Source: Escherichia coli
Lineage (GTDB): Bacteria > Pseudomonadota > Gammaproteobacteria > Enterobacterales > Enterobacteriaceae
Reading direction: 5' to 3' (one strand)
Length of the DNA: 64,000 nucleotides
Assembly (NCBI RefSeq): GCF_003334815.1
Contig: NZ_QOWO01000008.1
The translations under genes and the position numbers were made by a program. The notes below the pieces were generated by a model. That model was not told the DNA's origin. It saw only the letters and a list, made by a program, of their open reading frames with translations, and searched no databases. Below are positions 38,780-53,307 of this stretch, piece by piece (within the stretch, counting starts at the first letter, position 1; each line of letters begins with the position of its first letter).

Positions 38780-39088
38780 GAGATATCCCTTAACTTAGCT
38801 GCCGGCGGATGCCCCCTGCTGCGCAGGTGACCAAGTCGCAGCGTTAGCTGTATGTCACAACTGAATGAAAAAAGGCGGCTATTATACTGGAAATTCTGCC
38901 GCACCGTAAGAGCCTGGCCCGCGCTGGAACGCCTCGTTACCACTTTATATCGGGCCTGAAATCAGACTCTACGCCAGTTTGCTATAAAGGTGTTGCCCGA
39001 ACTCATAAAAATTAACAAAATTTGTCGTTCCGCCATCGGCTAATCGCATTAAGGTGTGAGGCACGATTTTGTTTTTTCAGGAGTCATT

Positions 39089-39655
39089 ATGCTTGAACTT
39101 AATGCTAAAACCACTGCGCTGGTGGTGATCGATTTACAAGAAGGCATCTTACCTTTTGCCGGTGGTCCACATACTGCCGATGAGGTAGTTAATCGCGCCG
39201 GGAAGCTGGCGGCGAAATTTCGCGCCAGCGGTCAGCCCGTGTTTCTGGTGCGCGTTGGCTGGTCTGCCGATTACGCTGAAGCATTAAAACAGCCGGTCGA
39301 TGCGCCCTCACCGGCTAAAGTGTTGCCCGAAAATTGGTGGCAACATCCTGCTGCATTAGGTGCAACCGACAGCGATATCGAAATCATCAAACGTCAATGG
39401 GGTGCGTTTTACGGTACGGATCTGGAGTTGCAATTACGCCGCCGAGGTATCGATACAATAGTGTTATGTGGGATCTCGACCAATATCGGTGTTGAATCCA
39501 CCGCCCGCAATGCCTGGGAACTTGGCTTTAATCTGGTGATTGCCGAAGACGCCTGTAGTGCCGCCAGCGCCGAGCAGCACAATAACAGTATCAACCATAT
39601 CTACCCGCGCATCGCCCGTGTGCGTAGCGTGGAAGAGATCCTCAACGCGTTATGA
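39089..39655 (+). CDS. yecD: Isochorismatase-family hydrolase YecD, 188 aa
   Basis: ORF track 39056..39655; known start [20 protein letters not shown] at ATG 39089, preceded by CAGGAG Shine-Dalgarno; catalytic Cys in [11 protein letters not shown]. Confidence 0.88.
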
Positions 39656-40470
39656 TTTACATCGGTCTACCGCAATGGTCGCATCCTAAATGGGTGCGGT
39701 TGGGGATCACCAGCCTTGAAGAGTATGCCCGCCACTTTAACTGCGTGGAGGGCAACACCACGCTTTACGCCCTGCCGAAACCCGAGGTTGTCCTGCGCTG
39801 GCGTGAGCAGACCACAGATGACTTCCGCTTCTGTTTTAAGTTTCCGGCGACCATTTCGCATCAGGCAGCATTACGGCATTGCGATGATTTAGTGACTGAA
39901 TTTTTGACCCGCATGTCACCGTTGGCTCCGCGCATTGGGCAATACTGGCTGCAACTGCCTGCCACATTCGGCCCACGGGAGCTGCCTGCGCTTTGGCATT
40001 TTCTCGATTCTCTTCCTGGCGAATTTAATTATGGCGTGGAAGTCCGCCATCCACAGTTTTTCGCCAAAGGAGAAGAGGAACAAACGCTTAATCGCGGTTT
40101 ACATCAGCGCGGCGTTAATCGGGTGATTTTAGACAGCCGCCCGGTTCATGCAGCACGTCCACACAGTGAAGCTATTCGCGACGCTCAACGAAAAAAACCT
40201 AAAGTTCCGGTACATGCTGTACTGACGGCGACAAATCCGCTGATCCGTTTTATCGGTAGTGATGATATGACGCAAAACCGGGAATTATTTCAGGTCTGGT
40301 TACAAAAATTAGCGCAGTGGCATCAGACCACTACGCCTTATCTTTTTTTACATACGCCAGACATTGCCCAGGCACCGGAACTGGTACATACCCTGTGGGA
40401 AGACTTACGTAAAACGCTTCCAGAGATCGGAGCAGTTCCGGCTATTCCACAGCAATCTTCTCTTTTCTGA
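39652..40470 (+). CDS. yecE: DUF72-family protein YecE, 272 aa
   Basis: Full-length [45 protein letters not shown]...; 4-bp overlap with yecD. Confidence 0.88.
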
Positions 40471-40522
40471 ATTTGCCACCTATCATAGACAGGTGCCATC
40501 GGCCATTTTAAAGGGAGTTTGT

Positions 40523-42670
<2,148 letters not shown>

Positions 42671-42684
42671 AGGTCTGGTATTAC

Positions 42685-42784
42685 TGCCGGATGCGGCGTG
42701 AACGCCTTATCCGGCCTACAAAACCTTGCTAATTCAATATATTGCAGGGACTATGTAGGCCTGATAAGCATAGCGCATCAGGCA
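42685..42784. repeat. BIME: two REP palindromes between cmoB and torZ
   Basis: TGCCGGATGCGGCGTGAACGCCTTATCCGGCCTACA and inverted TGTAGGCCTGATAAGCATAGCGCATCAGGCA. Confidence 0.8.
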
Positions 42785-42834
42785 GCTTTACGTTTGCATA
42801 ACCTCAGCGCCCGTTTCCGGGCGCTATTCACGTC

Positions 42835-45264
42835 TTACGCCTGAACAGCTGGCTGATCAAACGCCGTTAACTTCGGTGCATTGCCCGTATATTTTTCGAT
42901 ATACACCAACGCTGAGTTACCGGCACAGGCATTTGCCAGCTGCGAGCTGGGGATATCCGCCGTTAACACGTTCGCACTGCCGTTTTTACACAAGCCATTT
43001 TCCAGATCTGGCCATGCACCTTCATGCACGCATACCACGCCTTTTTTGATCCCGTCAGTCACCACCGCGCCTGTCAAAATCTGACCACGTTTGTTCCAGA
43101 CACGCACCAGATCGCCATTCGCAATACCAAAGCGTGCAGCATCTTCGGTGTGAATAGTGATTGGTTCACGATCGGCGATCGCATATTTTTTACGCAGTTC
43201 CGCATAGTTAAGCTGACTGTGTAAACGGTGTGCCGGATGTGCGGTCAGAAGCTGTAACTGCTTCTCGTCGGCGGTACCTTTCCATTCATCAGGAGCCAGC
43301 CAGGTTGGGTGTGCCGGGCAATCCTTATAGCCAAATTTTTCCAACGTTTTTGAATAGATTTCAATTTTGCCGCTTGGCGTACCCAGCGCATTTTTCACCG
43401 GATCGGCGCGGAAATCACCATAACGAACGTACTGTTCGTTCTTCTCGCTGCGGCGCATTTCGATCAGTTTATTTTGCTGCCAGAAGGCATTAAACATTGG
43501 CATAGTGACGCGTTGCGCACGGGCACCTTTCTGAGCGGCATCATAGAAAAATTTCAGCCACGCCATTTCATCTTTACCTTCGGTATAGATCTCTTTTCCG
43601 CCAGGTTTGAGTAATTCCGCAAGATCGGCAAACACGTCAAAATCGTTACGCGCTTCAAATTGCGGAGCAACAGCCTGCTTCATCGGCACAATATGCTGGT
43701 TGCTGTAATCACCGGTCATCGTCAAGTCATTGCGCTCAAACGATGTGGTGATCGGTAATACGATATCTGCGTGTTTGGCTGCTGCGGTCCAGTAGCATTC
43801 AGAAACGACGATCATCTCCGGTTTCTGCCATGCTTTAATCAGACGATTAGTATCCTGGTGATGGGTAAAGTTACCGCCACCCGCCCACCAGATCATTTTG
43901 ATATTCGGATACGTTTGTTCTTTACCGTTATGCTGATATTTGCCGCCAGGATTTTCCAGCGCATCGACGATACGGGCAACAGGAATCGCCGTCATTCCGC
44001 CATCATCAGCGGCCTCGCTGGCATGTCCGGCAATCGCCGCAGACATTTCCGGCAGCACGCCGCCAACACGCGTCGGGTTGCCACCGTTGGAGTAATGATA
44101 AGAGAAACCAAAACCGCCGCCCGGTGTACCAATCTGCCCTAACATCGCCGCCAGCGTCACCAGCATCCAGTGTTTCTGTTCACCATATTGCTGGCGCTGA
44201 ATTCCCCAGCCTGCCATCAGCATTGTGCGATTCGCCGCCATCAGTTCAGCGAGTTTGACTATCTGCGCTTCCGGTACGCCAGTAATTTCCGCCGCCCAGA
44301 CCGCGCTCTTCGGCGTATTATCGCTCTTACCTGTCAGATACTCTTCAAACTGCGGATACCCGGTAGTGTATTTTTCAAGGAACACTTTATCGTGTTTGCC
44401 TTGTGTCATCAGGGTATGCGCAATCCCTAACATCAGTGCCACGTCGGTGCCCATATTCGGCGCGATCCAGGTGGCATTATCGTCAAAGAATTCGATGGTT
44501 TCGGAGCGGATAGGATCAATGGCAATCACTGGTTTGCCAGATTTTTTCAGCTGATGGAAGTATTCCAGCCCTTGCTCATCGGTACTGCTCCAGGCAATTT
44601 TTAAGGTATTCAGCGGGTTCATTCCCCACAGCACCACAACCTGGCTGTTTTCCAGAATCAGCGGCCAGGAGGTCTGCTGTTCATACACCTCTACAGAACC
44701 GACCACATGCGGCATGATCACCTGTGCTGCCCCGGTTGAATAATCGCCGCTATGCCCGGAATAACCGCCCGCCAGGTTCATATAACGTTGCAGTAAGGTT
44801 TGCGCTTTATGCAACACGCCAGAAGAGCGCCAGCCGTAAGATCCGGCAAAAATGGCCGATGGTCCGTTAGCTTTACGAATACGATCATGTTGCTCATGAA
44901 TCAGTTTTAATGCCTGTTCCCAGCTCACCTGTACATAGGTATCTTCGCCACGACCTTTCGCCGGTTGCAGTGGATTATCGAGATAGCTTTTTCTCACCAT
45001 CGGATGCTGAATACGCGCCGTGGTGTGTACCTGATCCGCCGCCGTAGACTGTAAGGAATTCGGTATGGTTTTCGCCAGCGCGCCTGTTGAAGAAACAATC
45101 TTGCCGTCCTTCACTTCTACGTTCATCGCTCCCCAACGTCCCGCGGTGAGGATTTTACCGCCCTTCTCTTCTGCCCATGCGGGGAGCGGTGCTGCCGATG
45201 TCACCACCAGCGCTCCAGCGGCAATACCGCTGTGTTTAATAAATTCACGTCTTGTTAATGTCAT
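42835..45264 (-). CDS. torZ: TMAO/N-oxide reductase catalytic subunit TorZ (BisZ; molybdopterin, Tat-exported), 809 aa
   Basis: ORF track 42835..45282; known start [31 protein letters not shown] (twin-arginine signal) at ATG 45262-45264. Confidence 0.93.
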   Translation of the reverse strand: MTLTRREFIKHSGIAAGALVVTSAAPLPAWAEEKGGKILTAGRWGAMNVEVKDGKIVSSTGALAKTIPNSLQSTAADQVHTTARIQHPMVRKSYLDNPLQPAKGRGEDTYVQVSWEQALKLIHEQHDRIRKANGPSAIFAGSYGWRSSGVLHKAQTLLQRYMNLAGGYSGHSGDYSTGAAQVIMPHVVGSVEVYEQQTSWPLILENSQVVVLWGMNPLNTLKIAWSSTDEQGLEYFHQLKKSGKPVIAIDPIRSETIEFFDDNATWIAPNMGTDVALMLGIAHTLMTQGKHDKVFLEKYTTGYPQFEEYLTGKSDNTPKSAVWAAEITGVPEAQIVKLAELMAANRTMLMAGWGIQRQQYGEQKHWMLVTLAAMLGQIGTPGGGFGFSYHYSNGGNPTRVGGVLPEMSAAIAGHASEAADDGGMTAIPVARIVDALENPGGKYQHNGKEQTYPNIKMIWWAGGGNFTHHQDTNRLIKAWQKPEMIVVSECYWTAAAKHADIVLPITTSFERNDLTMTGDYSNQHIVPMKQAVAPQFEARNDFDVFADLAELLKPGGKEIYTEGKDEMAWLKFFYDAAQKGARAQRVTMPMFNAFWQQNKLIEMRRSEKNEQYVRYGDFRADPVKNALGTPSGKIEIYSKTLEKFGYKDCPAHPTWLAPDEWKGTADEKQLQLLTAHPAHRLHSQLNYAELRKKYAIADREPITIHTEDAARFGIANGDLVRVWNKRGQILTGAVVTDGIKKGVVCVHEGAWPDLENGLCKNGSANVLTADIPSSQLANACAGNSALVYIEKYTGNAPKLTAFDQPAVQA

Positions 45265-45288
45265 AACTTCCTCCCTGATCAACGAGGA

Positions 45289-46389
45289 TCACTGTTTCTC
45301 GGTAATATCTTTGGCGTTGTACTGGAAATACCGCGTTAAAATGTCCAGTTCGTTTTCGCTCATGCTGGTTCGTGCCCCCATTCCTTTGGCAATGGACGGC
45401 CACGCATTGACGGTGTAATGGTCGGCGGCAATAGGGGCATGACAACCAGCGCAATAGGTATCGTCAAGTTTTTCAGCGTATTGCCATAGCGGTTTACGGT
45501 CCGCTAATGCGGGATCGGTAAGCGCACCCTGTAAAGACGCCTGACGCCATTGATTGCCGTATTCGTCAGCCTGCCATTCCCCGTTTACAGTGAGCGCCTT
45601 GATACCTTCTTCACTTAATGTGGCTAGCGCCAGCCGTTGACCTGCCGCCAGGTAGAGCGTGTTTTCACTGCCCTGCATTTGATAACCCTGCAACAGAACG
45701 ATCGGCTGTTTGCCACTGGCATCAACGACGGTGAGATCGGTTCCAGGATTCACGGTAGCCAGCTCGCCTATGTGAGAAGTTTTGAAAGGATAAATATGTG
45801 CGCCATTAGTAACTGAAGTAGCGGCCTGACTTTCCAGCTCATGCGCCGCGTTGTCATCCATTTTTATTTCTGGCGGAAAATGGGCAATGCCTTTATGACA
45901 ATCGATACAGGTTTCGCTGTCCTTTTGTGCTTTGTTATGCATTTTCTGCGCAGATTCACTTTGCGAGGCAATATCCATGGCATCAAAAGAATGGCAACTA
46001 CGGCACGTTGCAGAGTCAGTGGCTTTTAATTCTTTCCATACTGTTTCGGCCATTTCCTGGCGATGAGCTTCGAACTTATCGTCACTGTCTATTTTGCCGC
46101 TAACAAATTCATGATAAATATCTTTAGATGCCTTTAATTTAGCAAATAAATAATCCATCCCTGACTTTGGAATATGGCAATCGGCACATTCCGCACGTAT
46201 CCCTTTCTGGTTCGAAAAGTGGACAGTTCCCTGATATTCCTCAAAAGGTTTACTCATCGAGTGGCAGGAAAGGCAAAATGCTGTATCCGACGTTTTATGT
46301 AAGGCTTTTTGCGCCAGCAATAACCCGCCGCCACCAACCACAACCGCTATCAGCAAAAACAATAACCCAATGCGTTTTTTCCCTCGCAT
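45289..46389 (-). CDS. torY: Pentahaem c-type cytochrome TorY (NapC/NirT family), 366 aa
   Basis: Full-length ORF with N-terminal TM segment and five CxxCH haem motifs (CLSCH, CADCH, CRSCH, CIDCH, CAGCH). Confidence 0.93.
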   Translation of the reverse strand: MRGKKRIGLLFLLIAVVVGGGGLLLAQKALHKTSDTAFCLSCHSMSKPFEEYQGTVHFSNQKGIRAECADCHIPKSGMDYLFAKLKASKDIYHEFVSGKIDSDDKFEAHRQEMAETVWKELKATDSATCRSCHSFDAMDIASQSESAQKMHNKAQKDSETCIDCHKGIAHFPPEIKMDDNAAHELESQAATSVTNGAHIYPFKTSHIGELATVNPGTDLTVVDASGKQPIVLLQGYQMQGSENTLYLAAGQRLALATLSEEGIKALTVNGEWQADEYGNQWRQASLQGALTDPALADRKPLWQYAEKLDDTYCAGCHAPIAADHYTVNAWPSIAKGMGARTSMSENELDILTRYFQYNAKDITEKQ

Positions 46390-46696
46390 AGATTCCTCTA
46401 ATTAAATTACTGGACACCGAAATCATTGTATAATTAAATATACAACGAATTAACCGCTTGCATAATTAGGCACAACACTGCCTGAAACAATCGATAAAGA
46501 ATATGATTTATTACAATGTAATCATTAATTGCTAAGGAATAACCCAGTTGCTATTTAGAATATATATTTATCAGTTTTAGTAATTTAAATCCCATAATTA
46601 ATGTGAATATATACAATATTTTTAGCACAACGCTATGCGCACTGTCACCCGCTCAACAGATCACGGTTATCGTTCGTTTTTTATACTGTTCAGGGA

Positions 46697-47532
<836 letters not shown>

Positions 47533-47536
47533 TTAA

Positions 47537-48103
47537 TTACGCCGACTGCTCGCTGGCAACGATCTCTTCAATGGACCACGGATGAAACTTAATAGTTGTT
47601 TTGCCATCGGTGACCGCCAGCGTCGGATTCGGTAATCGCTCATGCTCACCTTTTGGCGAACTGGTTTTCACTGAGATCCCCGGTAGGCTGAGTCCTTCAT
47701 CAGAAAGCAATGCCAGCGCACGGGCATTCAGCGTTTCTGGATCACCCGGCAGAACGATTTCAATATGTTCCCAACCTTCGTGTGGGTAACGTTTTTCCCC
47801 GGGCCACGGTAGCTCCACAATAGAAAACTGCCAGTGCGCAACCTGTACCGGTTCATGCAATTTAAACAGACAAATCGGTCTGCCATTGATCATATTTTCT
47901 GACAAAAGCTCGCCACACTGTTCAAACCCGCGACGCCAGCGTTCAGCAGTGGCGTTTTGATGGCAACGCAAAGAAATGTGATCGGCAGTCAGCGGAGTGA
48001 TATTCAACCCCAGACGGCGGGAAAGTTCATCTAATGCGTGGATAAATCGCGGTAAATCCGATGCAATATCCTGCAGCTCGTCGATAGATTGCCAGTTCGC
48101 CAT
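47537..48103 (-). CDS. yecM: Putative metal-binding VOC/glyoxalase-like protein YecM, 188 aa
   Basis: ORF track 47537..48109; known start MANWQSIDELQDIASDLPRFIHALDELSRRLG at ATG 48101-48103. Confidence 0.85.
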   Translation of the reverse strand: MANWQSIDELQDIASDLPRFIHALDELSRRLGLNITPLTADHISLRCHQNATAERWRRGFEQCGELLSENMINGRPICLFKLHEPVQVAHWQFSIVELPWPGEKRYPHEGWEHIEIVLPGDPETLNARALALLSDEGLSLPGISVKTSSPKGEHERLPNPTLAVTDGKTTIKFHPWSIEEIVASEQSA

Positions 48104-48318
48104 AATCACTCTTCGTCTTTCAGTAAAAGCGTTAATTTACCCTGTTGCCCTGTGCCAACCAACCGCTGATTTCACGCCGCTTCTGATGCAATAGTGAAAA
48201 CGGCAATACGCCACGCGCACGTTGCTGACGAAAACAGCCATTTGCAGTATACTCCCGCCCTAATTTCTTTAACTGGTGCGGGCAATTTTTGCTCGCTTCA
48301 TCAATGTAAGGTATTCCG

Positions 48319-50052
48319 GTGAATATTCAGGCTCTTCTCTCAGAAAAAGTCCGTCAGGCCATGATTGCGGCAGGCGCGCCTGCGGATTGCGAACCGCAGG
48401 TTCGTCAGTCAGCAAAAGTTCAGTTCGGCGACTATCAGGCTAACGGCATGATGGCAGTTGCTAAAAAACTGGGTATGGCACCGCGACAATTAGCAGAGCA
48501 GGTGCTGACTCATCTGGATCTTAACGGTATCGCCAGCAAAGTTGAGATCGCCGGTCCAGGCTTTATCAACATTTTCCTTGATCCGGCATTCCTGGCTGAA
48601 CATGTTCAGCAGGCGCTGGCGTCCGATCGTCTCGGTGTTGCTACGCCAGAAAAACAGACCATTGTGGTTGACTACTCTGCGCCAAACGTGGCGAAAGAGA
48701 TGCATGTCGGTCACCTGCGCTCTACCATTATTGGTGACGCAGCAGTGCGTACTCTGGAGTTCCTCGGTCACAAAGTGATTCGCGCAAACCACGTCGGCGA
48801 CTGGGGCACTCAGTTCGGTATGCTGATTGCATGGCTGGAAAAGCAGCAGCAGGAAAACGCCGGTGAAATGGAGCTGGCTGACCTTGAAGGTTTCTACCGC
48901 GATGCGAAAAAGCATTACGATGAAGATGAAGAGTTCGCCGAGCGCGCACGTAACTACGTGGTAAAACTGCAAAGCGGTGACGAATATTTCCGCGAGATGT
49001 GGCGCAAACTGGTCGACATCACCATGACGCAGAACCAGATCACCTACGATCGTCTCAACGTGACGCTGACCCGTGATGACGTGATGGGCGAAAGCCTCTA
49101 CAACCCGATGCTGCCAGGAATTGTGGCGGATCTCAAAGCCAAAGGTCTGGCAGTAGAAAGCGAAGGGGCGACCGTCGTATTCCTTGATGAGTTTAAAAAC
49201 AAGGAAGGCGAACCGATGGGCGTGATCATTCAGAAGAAAGATGGCGGCTATCTCTACACCACCACTGATATCGCCTGTGCGAAATATCGTTATGAAACAC
49301 TGCATGCCGATCGCGTGCTGTATTACATCGACTCCCGTCAGCATCAACACCTGATGCAGGCATGGGCGATCGTCCGTAAAGCAGGCTATGTACCGGAATC
49401 CGTACCGCTGGAACACCACATGTTCGGCATGATGCTGGGTAAAGACGGCAAACCGTTCAAAACCCGCGCGGGTGGTACAGTGAAACTGGCCGATCTGCTG
49501 GATGAAGCCCTGGAACGTGCACGCCGTCTGGTGGCAGAAAAGAACCCGGATATGCCAGCCGACGAGCTGGAAAAACTGGCTAACGCGGTTGGTATTGGTG
49601 CGGTGAAATATGCGGATCTCTCCAAAAACCGCACCACGGACTACATCTTCGACTGGGACAACATGCTGGCGTTTGAGGGTAATACCGCGCCATACATGCA
49701 GTATGCATACACGCGTGTATTGTCCGTGTTCCGTAAAGCAGAAATTGACGAAGAGCAACTGGCTGCAGCTCCGGTTATCATCCGTGAAGATCGTGAAGCG
49801 CAACTGGCAGCTCGCCTGCTGCAGTTTGAAGAAACCCTCACCGTGGTTGCCCGTGAAGGCACGCCGCATGTAATGTGTGCTTACCTGTACGATCTGGCCG
49901 GTCTGTTCTCTGGCTTCTACGAGCACTGCCCGATCCTCAGCGCAGAAAACGAAGAAGTGCGTAACAGCCGTCTAAAACTGGCACAACTGACGGCGAAGAC
50001 GCTGAAGCTGGGTCTGGATACGCTGGGTATTGAGACTGTAGAGCGTATGTAA
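48319..50052 (+). CDS. argS: Arginine--tRNA ligase, 577 aa
   Basis: Full-length [55 protein letters not shown]...; class I HIGH-type motif in [16 protein letters not shown]. Confidence 0.96.
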   Translation: MNIQALLSEKVRQAMIAAGAPADCEPQVRQSAKVQFGDYQANGMMAVAKKLGMAPRQLAEQVLTHLDLNGIASKVEIAGPGFINIFLDPAFLAEHVQQALASDRLGVATPEKQTIVVDYSAPNVAKEMHVGHLRSTIIGDAAVRTLEFLGHKVIRANHVGDWGTQFGMLIAWLEKQQQENAGEMELADLEGFYRDAKKHYDEDEEFAERARNYVVKLQSGDEYFREMWRKLVDITMTQNQITYDRLNVTLTRDDVMGESLYNPMLPGIVADLKAKGLAVESEGATVVFLDEFKNKEGEPMGVIIQKKDGGYLYTTTDIACAKYRYETLHADRVLYYIDSRQHQHLMQAWAIVRKAGYVPESVPLEHHMFGMMLGKDGKPFKTRAGGTVKLADLLDEALERARRLVAEKNPDMPADELEKLANAVGIGAVKYADLSKNRTTDYIFDWDNMLAFEGNTAPYMQYAYTRVLSVFRKAEIDEEQLAAAPVIIREDREAQLAARLLQFEETLTVVAREGTPHVMCAYLYDLAGLFSGFYEHCPILSAENEEVRNSRLKLAQLTAKTLKLGLDTLGIETVERM

Positions 50053-50073
50053 TCGATTTTTCGTGAGAGTGAA

Positions 50074-50108
50074 GCCTGATCAGGGTTAGCCGATCAGGCT
50101 TTTTTATT
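50074..50108 (+). terminator. Rho-independent terminator of argS
   Basis: GCCTGATC-agggttagcc-GATCAGGC followed by TTTTTTATT. Confidence 0.8.
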
Positions 50109-50228
50109 GCCATCTAAATGTATTCTGAAAATGGACATGCCATTGTTTTCTCACTGTTGGATAAGAGGCCAGAAGCGTAATATCCGGCCCCAGGGAAACG
50201 ATAACGGTTGAATTTAAGGAATACCGCA

Positions 50229-50717
50229 GTGTTTAAATTTCTTGTATTAACATTAGGCATTATCTCTTGCCAGGCTTACGCAGAAGATACGGTTATAGTA
50301 AACGACCATGACATTTCAGCCATCAAAGATTGTTGGCAAAAAAATTCAGATGATGATACTGACGTTAACGTGATCAAATCATGCCTGCGACAAGAATACA
50401 ATCTCGTCGATGCGCAATTAAATAAAGCCTATGGTGAAGCTTATCGTTATATAGAACAAGTGCCACGCACAGGTGTAAAAAAACCTGATACCGAACAACT
50501 TAACTTGCTTAAAAAATCACAGCGAGCCTGGCTGGATTTTAGGGACAAAGAATGTGAATTAATCCTTTCAAATGAGGACGTTCAGGATTTAAGTGACCCT
50601 TATTCTGAATCAGAATGGCTCTCATGTATGATCATACAGACCAATACGCGAACTCGCCAGTTGCAGCTATACCGTAACTCTGAAGATTTTTATCCAAGCC
50701 CTTTGACAAGAGGATAA
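50229..50717 (+). CDS. yecT: Exported protein YecT (DUF1311 / LprI-like family), about 162 aa; start uncertain
   Basis: ORF track 50208..50717 starts on TTG; in-frame GTG at 50229 gives MFKFLVLTLGIISCQAYA... (signal peptide), consistent with my memory of the K-12 product length. Confidence 0.65.
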   Translation: MFKFLVLTLGIISCQAYAEDTVIVNDHDISAIKDCWQKNSDDDTDVNVIKSCLRQEYNLVDAQLNKAYGEAYRYIEQVPRTGVKKPDTEQLNLLKKSQRAWLDFRDKECELILSNEDVQDLSDPYSESEWLSCMIIQTNTRTRQLQLYRNSEDFYPSPLTRG

Positions 50718-50836
50718 TTCACATCTTTTTGGCATGTTTTGTTGCAAGCTATTCCTGATAAATAATTGCAACAAGACATCGAGCCTTTTTCACTGAGTTA
50801 TTAAACATACTCGCGAGCGCGTAATTTTTTTGTCCT

Positions 50837-51229
50837 TCAGCGATAATTCACAATCACTTCATTACGTTGTACCTTTAGCGGTGGAATTAACCGCCCACCG
50901 CCTGGCACTTCCCAGATAAATCGCAACGGTTCTGCTGCCGCTATACCGGAAAAGGCCACGGTGGTTCCGCTCTGCCCCTCTAATTCCACACAACGAGATT
51001 GCGAACACAAGCGAACCCGCAGTCCTGAAGGTGTCGGGCCGATAAGCTGATAACGCCACGCTACCAGCGTCATCAATCCTGAAGCAGGTTGTCGCGTAGA
51101 AAGAGGCGCAGACGACATCGACTCACCGCGATGATTTAGCGTAATTCCTACACTACTTGCCTGCCACATCCCCTCCCCGGCGGCTTGCACCAGCAGCGGA
51201 AACAATAATATTGCTAATAAGGTTCTCAT
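50837..51229 (-). CDS. flhE: Flagellar protein FlhE, 130 aa
   Basis: Full-length ORF MRTLLAILLFPLLVQAAGEGMWQASSVGITLNHRGES...; last gene of flhBAE. Confidence 0.9.
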   Translation of the reverse strand: MRTLLAILLFPLLVQAAGEGMWQASSVGITLNHRGESMSSAPLSTRQPASGLMTLVAWRYQLIGPTPSGLRVRLCSQSRCVELEGQSGTTVAFSGIAAAEPLRFIWEVPGGGRLIPPLKVQRNEVIVNYR

Positions 51230-53307
51230 TATTTGCCGCCAATTGTCGCCGTCATGCGGATATGTCGGTTATCAGACAGTTCCAGATTCGACAGGACCAC
51301 TAACTGCGGCAAGCTGCGGCGCAGGAAGCGAGACAATAATGGTCGCAGCGCGTGGTTCACCAACAATACTGGCGGCGCACCCAGCATCTCCTGACGGGAT
51401 AGCGCTTCCTGAGTTTGCGCCAGTAAACGATCCGCCAGCCCTGGCTCCAGTCCTCCCCCGCCCTGCAGCGCCTGTAGTAACAAACGTTCCAGCGGTGTAT
51501 CGAGGCCAATAACATGGACTTCATCTTTGCCAGGAAACCACTGCTGGGTAATCGCCCGTCCCAACGCCACGCGCACGGCGGCGGTTAATTCATGTGGATC
51601 GCTTTGGATGGGCGCATGTTCCGCCAGCGTTTCGAGAATGGTGCGCATATCGCGAATCGGTACTTTTTCATCGAGGAGATTTTGCAGCACTTTATGCAGT
51701 GTGGTGAGCGTGACGACGCCAGGAACGAGATCTTCCGTCAGCTTTGGCATCTCCTGGGCGACGCGATCCAACAGCTGTTGCGCCTCCTGACGACCAAACA
51801 GCTCTGCGGCATGCTGGCTAATGAGGTGGTTAAGATGCGTTGCTACCACCGTGCTGGCCTCAACCACTGTGTACCCCTGAATCTGCGCCTGTTCTTTTAG
51901 CGCACTTTCAATCCAGATAGCATTCAGGCCAAATGCCGGATCGACGGTCGCCTCACCAGGTAACGTCCCGGCAGCGGTTCCAGGGTTAATCGCCAGCCAG
52001 CGCCCCGGATAAGCATCACCACTGCCAATCTCCACGCCTTTCATCAAAATGCGATAGCGGGCAGGTTGCAGATCCATATTGTCGCGAATGTGCACCACTG
52101 GCGGCAGAAATCCCATCTCCTGGGCAAATTTCTTGCGGATACTGCGTATACGGCCCAACAACTCACCATCCTGCTGGAAATCGACCATCGGGATCAGTCG
52201 ATAACCCACTTCCATTCCCAGAGAATCTTCCAGTTGTACATCGTTCCACGTCGCTTCGACAACGGTATTATTCTCTGCCATTTTTACCGGTTTGGGTTCG
52301 GCAGGCGCTTTTTGTTCGCGTCCGCGTATCCACCAGGCCAGCCCGAGCAATCCGGCAGTGAACAGCAAAAATACCAGGTTCGGCATTCCAGGCACCAGGC
52401 CGAGTAAACCGAGCACGGCGGCGCTTAACAACATAACGCTTGGGTTACTGAAAAGCTGATTCACCATCTGCTCGCCAACATCCTGATCGGTGCTGACACG
52501 CGTAACGATGACCCCCGCGGCGGTAGAAATCACCAGCGCCGGAATTTGTGCCACCAGACCGTCGCCAATGGTCAATAGCGTATAACTTTCCGCCGCGTGT
52601 CCCATGCTCATGCCATGTTGCAGCACGCCGACCAGCAACCCGCCGACAATGTTAATGACCATGATGAGGATCCCGGCGATGGCATCGCCGCGAACAAACT
52701 TACTTGCCCCGTCCATTGAGCCGTAAAAATCGGCTTCCTGAGTCACTTCGGAGCGGCGTTTTTTCGCCTCATCTTCACCAATCAATCCGGCGTTAAGGTC
52801 GGCGTCAATCGCCATCTGCTTACCCGGCATACCATCGAGAACAAAGCGCGCACCCACTTCTGCGATACGCCCGGCACCTTTGGTAATGACCATAAAGTTG
52901 ATGATCACGAGAATGACAAACACCACGATACCGATAGCGAAATTGCCACCAACGAGGAAGTGACCGAACGCTTCGACCACCTTCCCTGCCGCCGCCGCGC
53001 CGGTATGCCCTTCCATTAAAATGATACGGGTTGAAGCCACGTTAAGTGCCAGACGCAACAGCGTGGTAAACAACAGAATGGTCGGAAACGCAGCAAACTC
53101 AAGCGTGCGCTGGGTAAACATCGCCACCAGCAACACCATGATCGACAAGGCAATATTGAAGGTAAACAACAGGTCGAGTATGAATGCGGGCAGTGGCAGC
53201 ACCATCATCGACAAGATCAACAGGATCAAAATCGGTCCGGCAAGGATCTGCCATTGTGTCGATTTCAGGTTTGCGGGCAGGCGCAGCATCGCGGCCAGAT
53301 TACTCAT
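51229..53307 (-). CDS. flhA: Flagellar type III export apparatus protein FlhA, 692 aa
   Basis: ORF track 51229..53382 over-extended into flhB; known start MSNLAAMLRLPANLKSTQWQILAGPILILLIL at ATG 53305-53307. Confidence 0.93.
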   Translation of the reverse strand: MSNLAAMLRLPANLKSTQWQILAGPILILLILSMMVLPLPAFILDLLFTFNIALSIMVLLVAMFTQRTLEFAAFPTILLFTTLLRLALNVASTRIILMEGHTGAAAAGKVVEAFGHFLVGGNFAIGIVVFVILVIINFMVITKGAGRIAEVGARFVLDGMPGKQMAIDADLNAGLIGEDEAKKRRSEVTQEADFYGSMDGASKFVRGDAIAGILIMVINIVGGLLVGVLQHGMSMGHAAESYTLLTIGDGLVAQIPALVISTAAGVIVTRVSTDQDVGEQMVNQLFSNPSVMLLSAAVLGLLGLVPGMPNLVFLLFTAGLLGLAWWIRGREQKAPAEPKPVKMAENNTVVEATWNDVQLEDSLGMEVGYRLIPMVDFQQDGELLGRIRSIRKKFAQEMGFLPPVVHIRDNMDLQPARYRILMKGVEIGSGDAYPGRWLAINPGTAAGTLPGEATVDPAFGLNAIWIESALKEQAQIQGYTVVEASTVVATHLNHLISQHAAELFGRQEAQQLLDRVAQEMPKLTEDLVPGVVTLTTLHKVLQNLLDEKVPIRDMRTILETLAEHAPIQSDPHELTAAVRVALGRAITQQWFPGKDEVHVIGLDTPLERLLLQALQGGGGLEPGLADRLLAQTQEALSRQEMLGAPPVLLVNHALRPLLSRFLRRSLPQLVVLSNLELSDNRHIRMTATIGGK

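Noticed and set aside
48490-49926. 478-aa minus-strand ORF
   Set aside because: Entirely antisense to argS and lacking any recognisable domain; shadow ORF.
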